A stretch of DNA of 64,000 bases from an uncultured cyanobacterium (GTDB lineage Bacteria; Cyanobacteriota; Cyanobacteriia; Cyanobacteriales; CAWCAG01): assembly GCA_963803805.1 (NCBI GenBank), contig CAWDOD010000002.1, positions 1,152,001-1,216,000 of the forward strand. The letters run 5' to 3'. The notes beneath the pieces were generated by a model that was given only the letters and a program-made list of their open reading frames with translations, had not been told where the DNA came from and searched no databases. Each line of letters opens with the position of its first letter. The stretch's first letter is position 1. Below, piece after piece: positions 21,589 to 31,394 of this stretch. The position numbers and the translations under genes were made by a program.

Positions 21589-21948
21589 ATGGCATATCAA
21601 CAAATAACGGACTACTTCAACTTTCTCACTCCTACGGATATCCGTCTCAAAGAAACAAGAGTCGGCATTGAAACCATCTTGTATGACTACTTAGATCGTA
21701 GTTGCACTCCAGAAGAAATTGCCCAAACCTACACATCTTTAACCTTGGAGCAAGTTTACGCCACAATTCTCTATTACTTGCAAAATCAAGAAGATGTTGG
21801 TCTATATATGAGAAACTGGATTGAACACGGTCACAGAATGAGAGAACAACAACGACTAAATCCACCGCCTGTTTCAGAAAAGCTGCAACAACTGAGAGCT
21901 GAAAGGAAAGCTAAACAACAAGCTAATGAGTCTTCAATACCTAATTGA
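21589..21948 (+). CDS. DUF433 domain protein (putative antitoxin)
   Basis: IRLKETRVGIETIL...TPEEIAQTYTSLTLEQVYATILYY; overlaps downstream PIN-like gene. Confidence 0.88.
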   Translation: MAYQQITDYFNFLTPTDIRLKETRVGIETILYDYLDRSCTPEEIAQTYTSLTLEQVYATILYYLQNQEDVGLYMRNWIEHGHRMREQQRLNPPPVSEKLQQLRAERKAKQQANESSIPN

Positions 21949-22288
21949 TGAAAACGTAGACCCTCTCTATCCCAAACAAATTAGGAGAAGAGAGCCAAGC
22001 ATAATCATCAAAGTGGTGGGAGAATTAGAAGCTCCTCCTAAAGGAACTCTCGACCCAGAAATTCTTTACTGGTGTGAAGAAAATCGCTTTGTACTAGTCA
22101 CAAACAACCGAACTTCTATGCCAGTTCACTTGGCTGAGCATACAACTGAAAATCGCCACGTACCAGGTATTTTTATCCTCAACCCTAATCTGAGTATTGG
22201 AGAAAATTTGGATGAGCTAATATTATTAGCCCTCGCTTCCTCTAAGGATGAGTATCAAGACCGTATTGTCTATTTACCTTTACCATAA
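21926..22288 (+). CDS. DUF5615 family PIN-like protein (putative toxin)
   Basis: YLIDENV, GTLDPEILYWC, VLVTNNRTSMP, PGIF, IVYLPL. Confidence 0.85.
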   Translation: MSLQYLIDENVDPLYPKQIRRREPSIIIKVVGELEAPPKGTLDPEILYWCEENRFVLVTNNRTSMPVHLAEHTTENRHVPGIFILNPNLSIGENLDELILLALASSKDEYQDRIVYLPLP

Positions 22289-22462
22289 ACAGAAAAGGTA
22301 ATCTTCCTAACAACTATTTTGCTTGATACTTCTTTCAAGTGTGTAATATACATCCTTGGCCCAAACGCTGGTTTATTGGGGATTTTATGAGGAGATAGCC
22401 CTTATTTACTCTACATTTTGCTACTCTTATTGACCACTAAATTTAGTTGCACATCGCGTTAA

Positions 22463-24544
22463 TTACTTATTACTATTCCCCCTAACTTCTGTATCTGCCA
22501 ACCCTAAACGATCTAATAAAAAAGCATATTCAAAAGCTGTTTCTTGCAAAGAATCGTAACGCCCTGATGCGCCACCATGACCTGCTCCCATATTAGTTTT
22601 GAGTAATAAGAGGTTATCATCGGTTTTCATCTCCCTTAACTTTGCTGTCCATTTGGCAGGTTCCCAATATTTAACACGGGAATCATTTAAGCCAGCGATT
22701 ATTAATAGATCCGGGTAGGCTTTGGCCTCTACATTGTCGTAGGGGGAATAGGACTTCATGTAGTTGTAGTAAACTTTATCGTTGGGGTTGCCCCATTCTT
22801 CCCATTCCATAAAAGATAAAGGCAAGGAAGTATCCAAAATTGTGGTTACAACATCTACAAAAGGAACAGAAGCGATCGCAACTTTAAAAAGATCAGGACG
22901 CATATTGAGTACTGCCCCCATTAATAATCCCCCCGCACTACCTCCAGAAATAGCTAGTTGGTTACTACTTGTCCAGTTCTCTTGGATTAAATGTTCGGCG
23001 CAGGCGATAAAATCAGTGAAAGTATTCTTTTTCTTGAGGAATTTTCCTTCTTCATACCATTTGCGCCCCATTTCCCCACCACCACGAATATGGGCTAAAG
23101 CACAGACTATACCCCTATCTAATAAAGAAAGGCGAATGGAGGAGAAGTAAGCCCAATAGGGATAGCCGTAGGAACCGTAACCCGTTAGAAAGAGGGGATT
23201 TTTACCTTCTTTTTCGAGTCCTTTTTTATATACCAAGGAAATCGGAATTTGCGTACCATCTTCTGCGGTGGCGAAAATTCTTTGGGAAGTATATTGAGTG
23301 GGATCATAACCCCCAAGAACTTCCGTTTCTTTTTTTAACTCTCGTTCTTTTGTATCAAGGTTGTAATCAAATACTGAAGAGGGAGTAATAAAGGAACTAT
23401 AACCAAACCGCCAAGTATTAGTATCAAATTCAGCGTTGCTACCTTCATAAACAGCATAAGTAGGTTCAGGAAAACTAAGGTAATGTTCTTCACCAGTAGC
23501 TAGTTTACGAATCCGTACTGCGGGAAGCCCTTCTTTCCTTTCAAAAACAATTAAATGATTAATAAAAACACTTACCCCGGAAACCATAGCATCTTCCCGA
23601 TGGGGAATTACCGTTTGCCAATTCTCCTTATTAGGGGCATTTACCGGGGCTACCATTAACTTAAAATTAATCGCCTCATCGTTAGTAACAATATAAAAGC
23701 GATCGCTATGGTGTTCGATACTATACTCCATTTCTTGTTGGCGGGGATGAATCACCTGAAAAGAACCTGTGGGGTTATTAGCATCTAAGTAATGGGATTC
23801 TGAAGTTACTTTACTATCCAAGCTTAAAATTAAATAAGCTTTGCTAAGAGTTTTGCTGATAGAAAGGAAGTAAGATTCATCCTTCTCTTCATAAACCAAA
23901 ACATCCTCTTCTACCTTCGTACTTAAAACGTGTCGCCATAATTGATAAGGACGATTAGTACTATCGACTTTTGTGTAGAAGACAGTGCGGTTATCATTGC
24001 CCCAAGCAAAAGAATAATAGGTATCTTGAATAAATTCGGGATAAAGTTCAGTAGTGGTTAAATCTAAAAAGTAAAGGGTATATCGTTCTGCACCACTATA
24101 ATCTACAGAATAAGCGAGAAGTTGATGATTGGGACTAACGCTGACAACTCCTAATTCACAAAACTCTTTTCCTTGGGCTAGCTGATTTTGATCGAGAATT
24201 ATTTCTTCAGGGGCATCCAGATTTTCCTGTTTGCGGCATTCAATAGAGTAGGGTTTACCTTCTTCAGTACGAGAATAATAAAAATATTCTCCTTCGCGAT
24301 AAGGTACAGAAAGATCAGTTTCTTTAATCCGTCCTAACATTTCCTGATAAAGGGCTTGTTGCAACTCAACCCTATGGGCCATCATTTTATCTGTATAAGC
24401 ATTCTCTGCCTCCAAATAAGCAATGGTTTCCTGTTGCTGGCTATGGCGCAACCAAAAGTAATTGTCTACCCTTTTGTCACCATGATTTACCAACTCTTCA
24501 GGCTGCTTTCTGGCTTGAGGAACTTCTATTTCTGGCTTTGTCAT
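22463..24544 (-). CDS. ptrB: Oligopeptidase B (S9A serine peptidase)
   Basis: DNYFWLR, GYGSYG, HIRGGGEMG, GGSAGG, DSRVKYWEPAKW, GHGGASGRY. Confidence 0.93.
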   Translation of the reverse strand: MTKPEIEVPQARKQPEELVNHGDKRVDNYFWLRHSQQQETIAYLEAENAYTDKMMAHRVELQQALYQEMLGRIKETDLSVPYREGEYFYYSRTEEGKPYSIECRKQENLDAPEEIILDQNQLAQGKEFCELGVVSVSPNHQLLAYSVDYSGAERYTLYFLDLTTTELYPEFIQDTYYSFAWGNDNRTVFYTKVDSTNRPYQLWRHVLSTKVEEDVLVYEEKDESYFLSISKTLSKAYLILSLDSKVTSESHYLDANNPTGSFQVIHPRQQEMEYSIEHHSDRFYIVTNDEAINFKLMVAPVNAPNKENWQTVIPHREDAMVSGVSVFINHLIVFERKEGLPAVRIRKLATGEEHYLSFPEPTYAVYEGSNAEFDTNTWRFGYSSFITPSSVFDYNLDTKERELKKETEVLGGYDPTQYTSQRIFATAEDGTQIPISLVYKKGLEKEGKNPLFLTGYGSYGYPYWAYFSSIRLSLLDRGIVCALAHIRGGGEMGRKWYEEGKFLKKKNTFTDFIACAEHLIQENWTSSNQLAISGGSAGGLLMGAVLNMRPDLFKVAIASVPFVDVVTTILDTSLPLSFMEWEEWGNPNDKVYYNYMKSYSPYDNVEAKAYPDLLIIAGLNDSRVKYWEPAKWTAKLREMKTDDNLLLLKTNMGAGHGGASGRYDSLQETAFEYAFLLDRLGLADTEVRGNSNK

Positions 24545-24653
24545 GGTTATACTATCTTTTGCTAATTAAAAGTCATTAAGTTATTAATTCAGTCTACGGC
24601 AAAGGCTACGCTGTATACCGATTGGCTTCTCAAAGAGACACGATAATAAGGAA

Positions 24654-26166
24654 ATGATTAAACAAGCAATTTTGTGTGTTGATGACGAACAAATCATTCT
24701 CACTAGCCTCAGAGAACAACTCAAACGTCACTTTGGTGCAAATTATCACATAGAAGTTGCTAGTAGTGGAGAAGAAGCCTTAGAAATTATGGCAGAATTA
24801 TTCGCAGAAGAAATTGAAGTACCGGTGGTGATTTCTGATGAAATTATGCCTGTTATGAAGGGGGATGAACTTTTGATTAAAATTCATCATCAATATCCCC
24901 AAACTTTGAAAATACTTTTAACAGGACAAGCTACAACAGAAGCGATCACCAATGTAGTTAATGGAGCATCTCTTTACCACTATATTTCTAAACCTTGGCA
25001 GGAAAGTAATCTTTTACTAACCGTCGGGGAAGCCTTAGAGCGCTACAACCTAGAACAAGAGTTAGCACAACGCAACCAAGAAATCAAAAAAGCTAATCAA
25101 GAATTTGCTCAACTTAATGCTTCATTAGAGCAGAAAGTTAGCGATCGCACTCAGGAATTACAAAAAGCTAAAGAAGCTGCTGAAGTTGCTAGTGAAGCAA
25201 AAAGTACTTTCATCGCTACGGTTAGTCATGAGTTACGTACCCCTCTCAATGCGATTCTTGGCTTTTCTCAAATCCTTAATTCCAGTCCTCAACTTTCTGC
25301 CCAAGATCGGCAGCATTTGAGTATTATTAGCAGTAGCGGAGAGCATTTACTAGCAACTATTAATCAAGTTTTAGATTTTTCTCAAATCGAAGCAGGAAGA
25401 ATGACTCTTCATCTTGATGGTTTTGATTTGTATCATCTACTTCAAAAGGTAGAAAATATATTCCATTTTAAAGCATCTAAAAAAGGATTGGAACTAGTTT
25501 TTGATTGTCAAAATCAAGTTCCCCAATACGTTAAAACTGATGTTACAAAACTGCGTCAAATTTTATTTAATTTAATTGATAATGCTATTAAGTTCACTCA
25601 AAAAGGGCGAGTGACAGTGAGTTTAGAAGCTAAACCAGAAAACCCGACTCATCTTACTTTAAGAGTAGAAGATACAGGGCTAGGAATTGCACCAGAAGAA
25701 ATGGATGCTCTTTTTGCTCCTTTTGTACAAACCGAAACAGGGCGACAATCTCAACAAGGAACAGGTTTAGGTTTATCCATAACTCGCCAATATCTGCAAT
25801 TAATGGGAGGGGATATTATCGTAACTAGTTCACCTCAAGGTAGTAAATTCACTTGTCACTTTCCTGTGGGGATCGTTGATGTTGAGGAAACCAAAGAATT
25901 ACCAACAGAATTAATACATTTAGAACCAGAAGAACCTCCTGTCCAGTTTTCTGAAGATATCTTACTTGAACAATTATCCCAAATGCCCCAGACTTGGAGA
26001 GAACAATTATGTAAGGCAGCGATTCTCAGGTTCCGATGATCAGATCCTGGAACTAGTTAAGCAAATTCCTCAGTCTAAGACTCCCTTAGCCCAAACTTTG
26101 ATAACTTGGACTGAAGATTTTTATTTTGAGCAAATTTTTAACTTACTCCAACAGCTAAGAAAATGA
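24654..26166 (+). CDS. Hybrid receiver-histidine kinase; C-terminal tail frameshifted at about 26020-26030
   Basis: REC (CVDDE, ISDEIMP, ISKPW), [32 protein letters not shown] stops at 26039 but the helical tail [15 protein letters not shown]...FYFEQIFNL continues in another frame to 26166. Confidence 0.85.
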
Positions 26167-26208
26167 GATAATTCCCATTAGACCTAATCTTGAAGCGTGG
26201 GGTAATAG

Positions 26209-27777
26209 ATGACTTATCGGCGGTTAATTTTAATTATATTGACCTTCTTTGCAATTACAAAAGTGCTTCTTTCTTTAGGGGATAGCTTAGGTCAACCCCA
26301 AGTCCAGAGTCGTTTAGAACTTTATCAGACTAATTTAGTACTTCATAGTGCAGAGTATCAAGTTGGGGAGAACAATGATAATTTAACTGTCGCCTTGAAA
26401 AGCATTATCGGCGAAAATCCCTACATCGCAGCTAAAAAGCAGTATGAAAAAGCTCAAGAATTTGCTCAGGCAAGTTTAAGTAATTTAGAAGAACAACTAC
26501 TACAAGTTACTAAAAACAATATTCTAGTTACTGACCAAGGTAAAAGTAAAGCTACAACTGAGCAAATTCCTCCCCCTCCAGAACAAGCATTGCGCCAAGA
26601 AATCTCAACTGTAGAAGATTTCATTGCTAATCTTAATTTACATTTAGGTATACTCCAAGCTCAATTAGGAGAATCCCAAAAAGCCCAGAAAACTTGGCAG
26701 AATTTAAGCAAAAATAATCATGATTCTGCTGCTACTCAAACAGCCCAAACCTTAATCGATCTCTGGGACAAATCTCCACAAGCCTTCCCCAATGCCCAAT
26801 CCCAATTGGAAAAAAACTTAGATAGTTGGTTTCGTTACCGTAGCTTAAGTAAATTGTACCAAGTACAAAACAAGTCAGAAGCCTTAGCCCAACTACAAGA
26901 AAAAGAACAAAAAAGAGCAGAACAAGCTTTAACCAAACTGGCTGTAATTAGTGGATTACCAGCTTTAGGAGGAATATTAGGGATAGCCACAATCGTCTTT
27001 TTATTAGTACAACTAGCCATCAAAGGTCAAGAATCTCTCCTAGCTACTAATAATAATTTAGCTTGGGATACTCCTTGGGATTGGGAAATTACTTGGCAAG
27101 TATTAATTGTAGGCTTCTTTGCCATTAGTCAATTACTATTACCTCTATTATTGCCCTTATTCTTCAGTCTCTTAGGAATTAACCCCGCAACTTTTAGCCT
27201 TCGGGCTAAAGCTTTTTATATTCTGATTAGCTATTTATTGATGGCTGGGGGTGGGTTGTTAGTACTTTATGTATCCCTGAAAAAATACTTTCCTTTACCA
27301 GAAGATTGGTTTCGTTTACGCTGGTTAAATAATTGGTTTCTTTGGGGTATAGGAGGCTATTTAGTCGCCCTCCCCATTGTGGTGATAGTATCTTTGGTCA
27401 ATCAACAAATTTGGCAAGGGCAAGGGGGCAGCAACCCCATCATCCTTTTGGCCCTACAATCCCAAGATCAAGTAGCCCTAATTATCTTTTTCTTCACTGC
27501 TTCTATCGCTGCCCCTATATTTGAAGAAATCATCTTTAGAGGCTTCTTGCTGCCTTCTTTGACCCGCTATATTCCGGTTTGGACAGCAATTGTGATTAGT
27601 AGCTTAATCTTCTCCATTGCCCACCTGAGTCTTTCAGAAGTTCTGCCCCTAACTGCCTTGGGTATGGTTTTAGGTTTCGTTTACTCGCGATCGCGCAATC
27701 TCCTCGCCCCCATGCTACTTCATAGTTTATGGAATGGCGGTACTCTGTTGAGTTTGTTTGTTTTGGGTAGTGGTTGA
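26209..27777 (+). CDS. CPBP (CAAX/Abi) family intramembrane metalloprotease
   Basis: APIFEEIIFRG, FSIAH, LHSLWN; multiple TM helices and a large soluble N-terminal domain. Confidence 0.92.
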   Translation: MTYRRLILIILTFFAITKVLLSLGDSLGQPQVQSRLELYQTNLVLHSAEYQVGENNDNLTVALKSIIGENPYIAAKKQYEKAQEFAQASLSNLEEQLLQVTKNNILVTDQGKSKATTEQIPPPPEQALRQEISTVEDFIANLNLHLGILQAQLGESQKAQKTWQNLSKNNHDSAATQTAQTLIDLWDKSPQAFPNAQSQLEKNLDSWFRYRSLSKLYQVQNKSEALAQLQEKEQKRAEQALTKLAVISGLPALGGILGIATIVFLLVQLAIKGQESLLATNNNLAWDTPWDWEITWQVLIVGFFAISQLLLPLLLPLFFSLLGINPATFSLRAKAFYILISYLLMAGGGLLVLYVSLKKYFPLPEDWFRLRWLNNWFLWGIGGYLVALPIVVIVSLVNQQIWQGQGGSNPIILLALQSQDQVALIIFFFTASIAAPIFEEIIFRGFLLPSLTRYIPVWTAIVISSLIFSIAHLSLSEVLPLTALGMVLGFVYSRSRNLLAPMLLHSLWNGGTLLSLFVLGSG

Positions 27778-27969
27778 GGAAAGACACCTGAATTGTTATG
27801 GTAATTGTTCTCCCTAATGTTGTTGATAGGGAGATAGAGGTATGTCCTTTACTCAACTTTATGAAGTTTTGTAAGGTAAATGAAAAAGTTGTCAGGCCAG
27901 ACAGGTAGTATGTGAATTGGATTTCTATATCTTTAATATTTAGCTTAGATAAAAACGCAAGGAGAGGAA

Positions 27970-28110
27970 ATGGGCATATTATCAGGATTGGTTGATGTTA
28001 TAACCAGTATCAACTGGGAAGTAATTGCTAATTTAGTATTTGTCAGTTTAATTATGATTGCTGGGCCGGCTGTTATTTTTGTCTTGGCTTTTAGCGGCGG
28101 AGATATGTAA
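27970..28110 (+). CDS. psb30: Photosystem II reaction center protein Psb30 (Ycf12); absent from the supplied ORF track
   Basis: Translated by hand: MGILSGLVDVITSINWEVIANLVFVSLIMIAGPAVIFVLAFSGGDM (46 aa) with NWEVI...IAGP.VI.LA..GG motif; RBS AGGAGAGG. Confidence 0.93.
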   Translation: MGILSGLVDVITSINWEVIANLVFVSLIMIAGPAVIFVLAFSGGDM

Positions 28111-28111
28111 A

Positions 28112-30142
28112 TCAGTTATCAAGGTGATATGTATTTTGTTTTGCTAAGGCAGCTAAGGCAGCTTTGATGACGAAGTAGTAAGGGGAACTTCTACCCACAT
28201 TAACTTCTTGGGCATCATCTCTGGTTATACCAAGGAGGGCTGTGGTTTTCCCTTTACTAACTGCAAGGACTTTTCCTTGGGGATTTTTGATTCTCAATTC
28301 GTTTACTGATTCCCAGAGACTACAGCTATAGAAGCGGCCTTTATAGCTAAATTGGGCTTTTTGAGTGGCAGAAGTTTGAGTTAACCCTTGAGAGGCGGTT
28401 GAACTAGGAAGCCGGATACCGACAATTTCTAACTCTACATTAGTTTTACCATTCCAGTGATTTTCCTTTAGCTTATAAGCTACATCAAGGCGGGAAGGGA
28501 CAGGAAAATATTCTCCCCAACGCCAGGCGATCGCCTTAATTGTTGAGGTTGGTTTGCCAGCATCTTCGGCTTCCCCTAGAACCAGTTTCAGATGTCCTTT
28601 GCCTTTACCAACTCTTTCTTGTTCTAAAACCCTCAAATTTGGTGTCCAGAAGACGGGGGCAGGGTTTTGGATTCCCCATGGTTGCAAACTATCAATTTGT
28701 TTGTATAAGTAAGCATTAATTTCCCCTAAATGTGCCTCCCCATCAATTTTGATTAAGGGTTTAAGGTGATCTGGTTCTAAAGATTGTTGGGCAAATTCAG
28801 CTAACTTAGCTTCAAAATCTGTTAAGTTCTCAGTAGCTAAGCTAAAGCCCCCAGCCGCTTTATGACCCCCAAATTTCCCTAAAAGAGGTTGGCAATATTG
28901 TAGGGCTTCAAAAATATCAAATTCAGGTATTCCCCTGGCTGATCCCCTAATTTTGGTGTCGTCATCTTCTTCGTAAGTACCAATAAAAACAGGTACACCA
29001 TAACGCTCTACTAAACGCGAAGCAACAATACCAATTACTCCATGATGCCAACCTGGTTGCACAATAACTAAAACTCGCTTTTTATACCAATCACTTTTTC
29101 TTTCTTTGAGGATGGTAATGGCTTGTTGTTCAATTTCTTCACAGAGAGTTTGCCGTTGACGGTTGATTTGTTCACATTGCATAGCCCTTTCTAAGGCGAT
29201 ACCTTCGTCGCTGGTAGTGAGAAGGTCAATAACAATTTGCGGGTCTGCTAAACGCCCAACAGCATTGATTCTGGGTCCTAAACGGAAACCAATATCATCA
29301 GGTTGTAGGGCTTTTTGTTCTTCACTTACCCCGGAAACTTGAATTAAGGCTTGTATTCCGGCTAATTGAGATTTGGGTAACATACGCAAACCCCGCTTTA
29401 ACCAACGACGGTTTACTCCTACTAAGGGGGCTAAGTCTGCGATAGTTCCTAAGGTGAATAGTTCTAATAATTGGTTGGTTAAACCTTTGAGTTGACCCAT
29501 TTCCTGGGCCGTAGTTATGGCTAAAATGTAAGCAACTCCTACTCCTGCTAAACCATAATAAGGAGAAGATTTAGGTAATAATTTAGGATTAAGAATAGCA
29601 TCGGCTTCTGGCAGTATGGCTGGCAAATCGTGGTGATCGGTAATAATTACACTTAAACCTAATTCCACTGCCCTAGCGATGGGTTCCACTGCCGAAATAC
29701 CATTATCTACGGTTAAAATTAACCCTACCCCCTCCTTAGCAAATTCTTCGACAATTCTATTATTGATGCCGTAACCATCTTTCATACGACTAGGAATGGC
29801 ATAACTCACCTCCGCCCCTAAATGTCCTAAAGCTCGCCATAACAAAGCGGTACTGGTCATACCATCGGCATCATAATCTCCACAAATAGCAATCTTCATT
29901 TCTTGGGCGATCGCCTCACAGATTAAATCAACGCTAATACCTAAGTCCGCAAATTCATCAATGGGGGGAGGCAAAACTTGGGATTCTGGGTCAATATAAA
30001 TTTCTGCTTGTTCCGGGGTTTTGATACTACGATTAATGACAACTTTAGCAAGGAGACTAGGTAAACCCGTCCCTTGAATGAGTTGAGAAACTTGTTCTGG
30101 GGAAGGGGAGGCAATTTGCCAGCGTTGGTTGGGTAATACCAT
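28112..30142 (-). CDS. recJ: Single-stranded-DNA-specific exonuclease RecJ
   Basis: GDYDADG, TVDNG, TDHH, GTIADL, GPRINAVGRL, WHHGVIGIVASRL, GSARG, GGHKAAGG. Confidence 0.97.
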   Translation of the reverse strand: MVLPNQRWQIASPSPEQVSQLIQGTGLPSLLAKVVINRSIKTPEQAEIYIDPESQVLPPPIDEFADLGISVDLICEAIAQEMKIAICGDYDADGMTSTALLWRALGHLGAEVSYAIPSRMKDGYGINNRIVEEFAKEGVGLILTVDNGISAVEPIARAVELGLSVIITDHHDLPAILPEADAILNPKLLPKSSPYYGLAGVGVAYILAITTAQEMGQLKGLTNQLLELFTLGTIADLAPLVGVNRRWLKRGLRMLPKSQLAGIQALIQVSGVSEEQKALQPDDIGFRLGPRINAVGRLADPQIVIDLLTTSDEGIALERAMQCEQINRQRQTLCEEIEQQAITILKERKSDWYKKRVLVIVQPGWHHGVIGIVASRLVERYGVPVFIGTYEEDDDTKIRGSARGIPEFDIFEALQYCQPLLGKFGGHKAAGGFSLATENLTDFEAKLAEFAQQSLEPDHLKPLIKIDGEAHLGEINAYLYKQIDSLQPWGIQNPAPVFWTPNLRVLEQERVGKGKGHLKLVLGEAEDAGKPTSTIKAIAWRWGEYFPVPSRLDVAYKLKENHWNGKTNVELEIVGIRLPSSTASQGLTQTSATQKAQFSYKGRFYSCSLWESVNELRIKNPQGKVLAVSKGKTTALLGITRDDAQEVNVGRSSPYYFVIKAALAALAKQNTYHLDN

Positions 30143-30324
30143 TCTTTAAAAGCGATGGGGCGAGTTGATTAATGAAGAAAAGGGGGAATGGGTAAAGGGT
30201 AAACGAGAAGACTGGTTCTTGATTATTGTTTCTTTGTTTTCGTTTTTTTGTCAATTGGTTTATTGTCTTAGTGAAGCAGGATAATGAATGATGAAATTCG
30301 GTGATCTTGCTTCCCCAATTCAAA

Positions 30325-31134
30325 ATGATTAAACTACCTCTAAGCCAAAAGACAATTTTAGTAACTCGTTCGGCTCAACAATCAACTACATTTACTAACC
30401 TTTTAGAAGAACAAGGGGCTGAAGTAGTTGAGATGCCCGCTTTGGAAATTATTCCTCCTTCTAGTTGGCAAGGTTTAGATGAGGCGATCGCACTTTTAAA
30501 AGATTTTGATTGGTTAATTCTGACTTCTGCTAATGGCGTAACTTACTTTTGTGATCGCCTTTTAAGTTTGGGAAAAAGTATTGAGGATTTGGCTGGGATC
30601 AAGATTGCTGTGGTAGGTAAAAAAACTTCTCAGTATCTTCAGAAACACAGTTTAAAACCTGATTTTATTCCCCCTGCTTATGTAGCGGATTCTTTAGTAG
30701 AAGAGTTTCCAGAATCTTTACAAGGTAAAAAAGTTCTTTTTCCGAGGGTAGAAACTGGAGGGCGAGAACTTTTAGTCGAGGCTTTAACTGAGGAAGGGGC
30801 AAAGGTTACAGAGGTTCCTGCTTATCAGTCTGCTTGTCCGAAAGAAATTCCTTCTTTAACCTTAAAGGCGATGAGACAGCGCAATATTGATATTGTTACA
30901 TTTGCTAGTTCTAAAACAGTCAAAAACTTCCACCGGCTTTTAAAGTCAAATTTTTTACCCGCAGAGTTAGATGATTTTCTTACCCAAATCATTATCGCTT
31001 CTATTGGCCCCCAAACCTCCCTTAGTTGCCAGGAAATTTTTAATCGGGTAGATATAGAAGCCCAAGAATATACATTAGAAGGTTTAACTCAAGGAATTGT
31101 AAGCTGGGTCACAGACAAAAGAAAACAGTCCTAA
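30325..31134 (+). CDS. hemD: Uroporphyrinogen-III synthase
   Basis: ILVTR, LTSANGV, AVVGKKT, FASSKTV, SIGPQT; ATG at 30325 preferred over GTG at 30301. Confidence 0.92.
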   Translation: MIKLPLSQKTILVTRSAQQSTTFTNLLEEQGAEVVEMPALEIIPPSSWQGLDEAIALLKDFDWLILTSANGVTYFCDRLLSLGKSIEDLAGIKIAVVGKKTSQYLQKHSLKPDFIPPAYVADSLVEEFPESLQGKKVLFPRVETGGRELLVEALTEEGAKVTEVPAYQSACPKEIPSLTLKAMRQRNIDIVTFASSKTVKNFHRLLKSNFLPAELDDFLTQIIIASIGPQTSLSCQEIFNRVDIEAQEYTLEGLTQGIVSWVTDKRKQS

Positions 31135-31394
31135 ATACTACCTTATAAGGGAAGTTATTTACTTTATCAGTAATCAGTCATTTCACCGTTGGAGATATGT
31201 AAAAAGCAGGATGTGATAGTAGAGTTCTAAGATTTACACTTAATCCCAGGCAAACAGTCTGTTAATACTCTTGTGGTAGTTAAAGCTACTTTATTGAAAA
31301 TAATTGAGAAGTTGGTTTAAACTCAGGAATATTACTGAATAGGTCATAAAAATTGCTTACTCAAACCTTTCCCAAATCTACAAAATGAAAAGAC

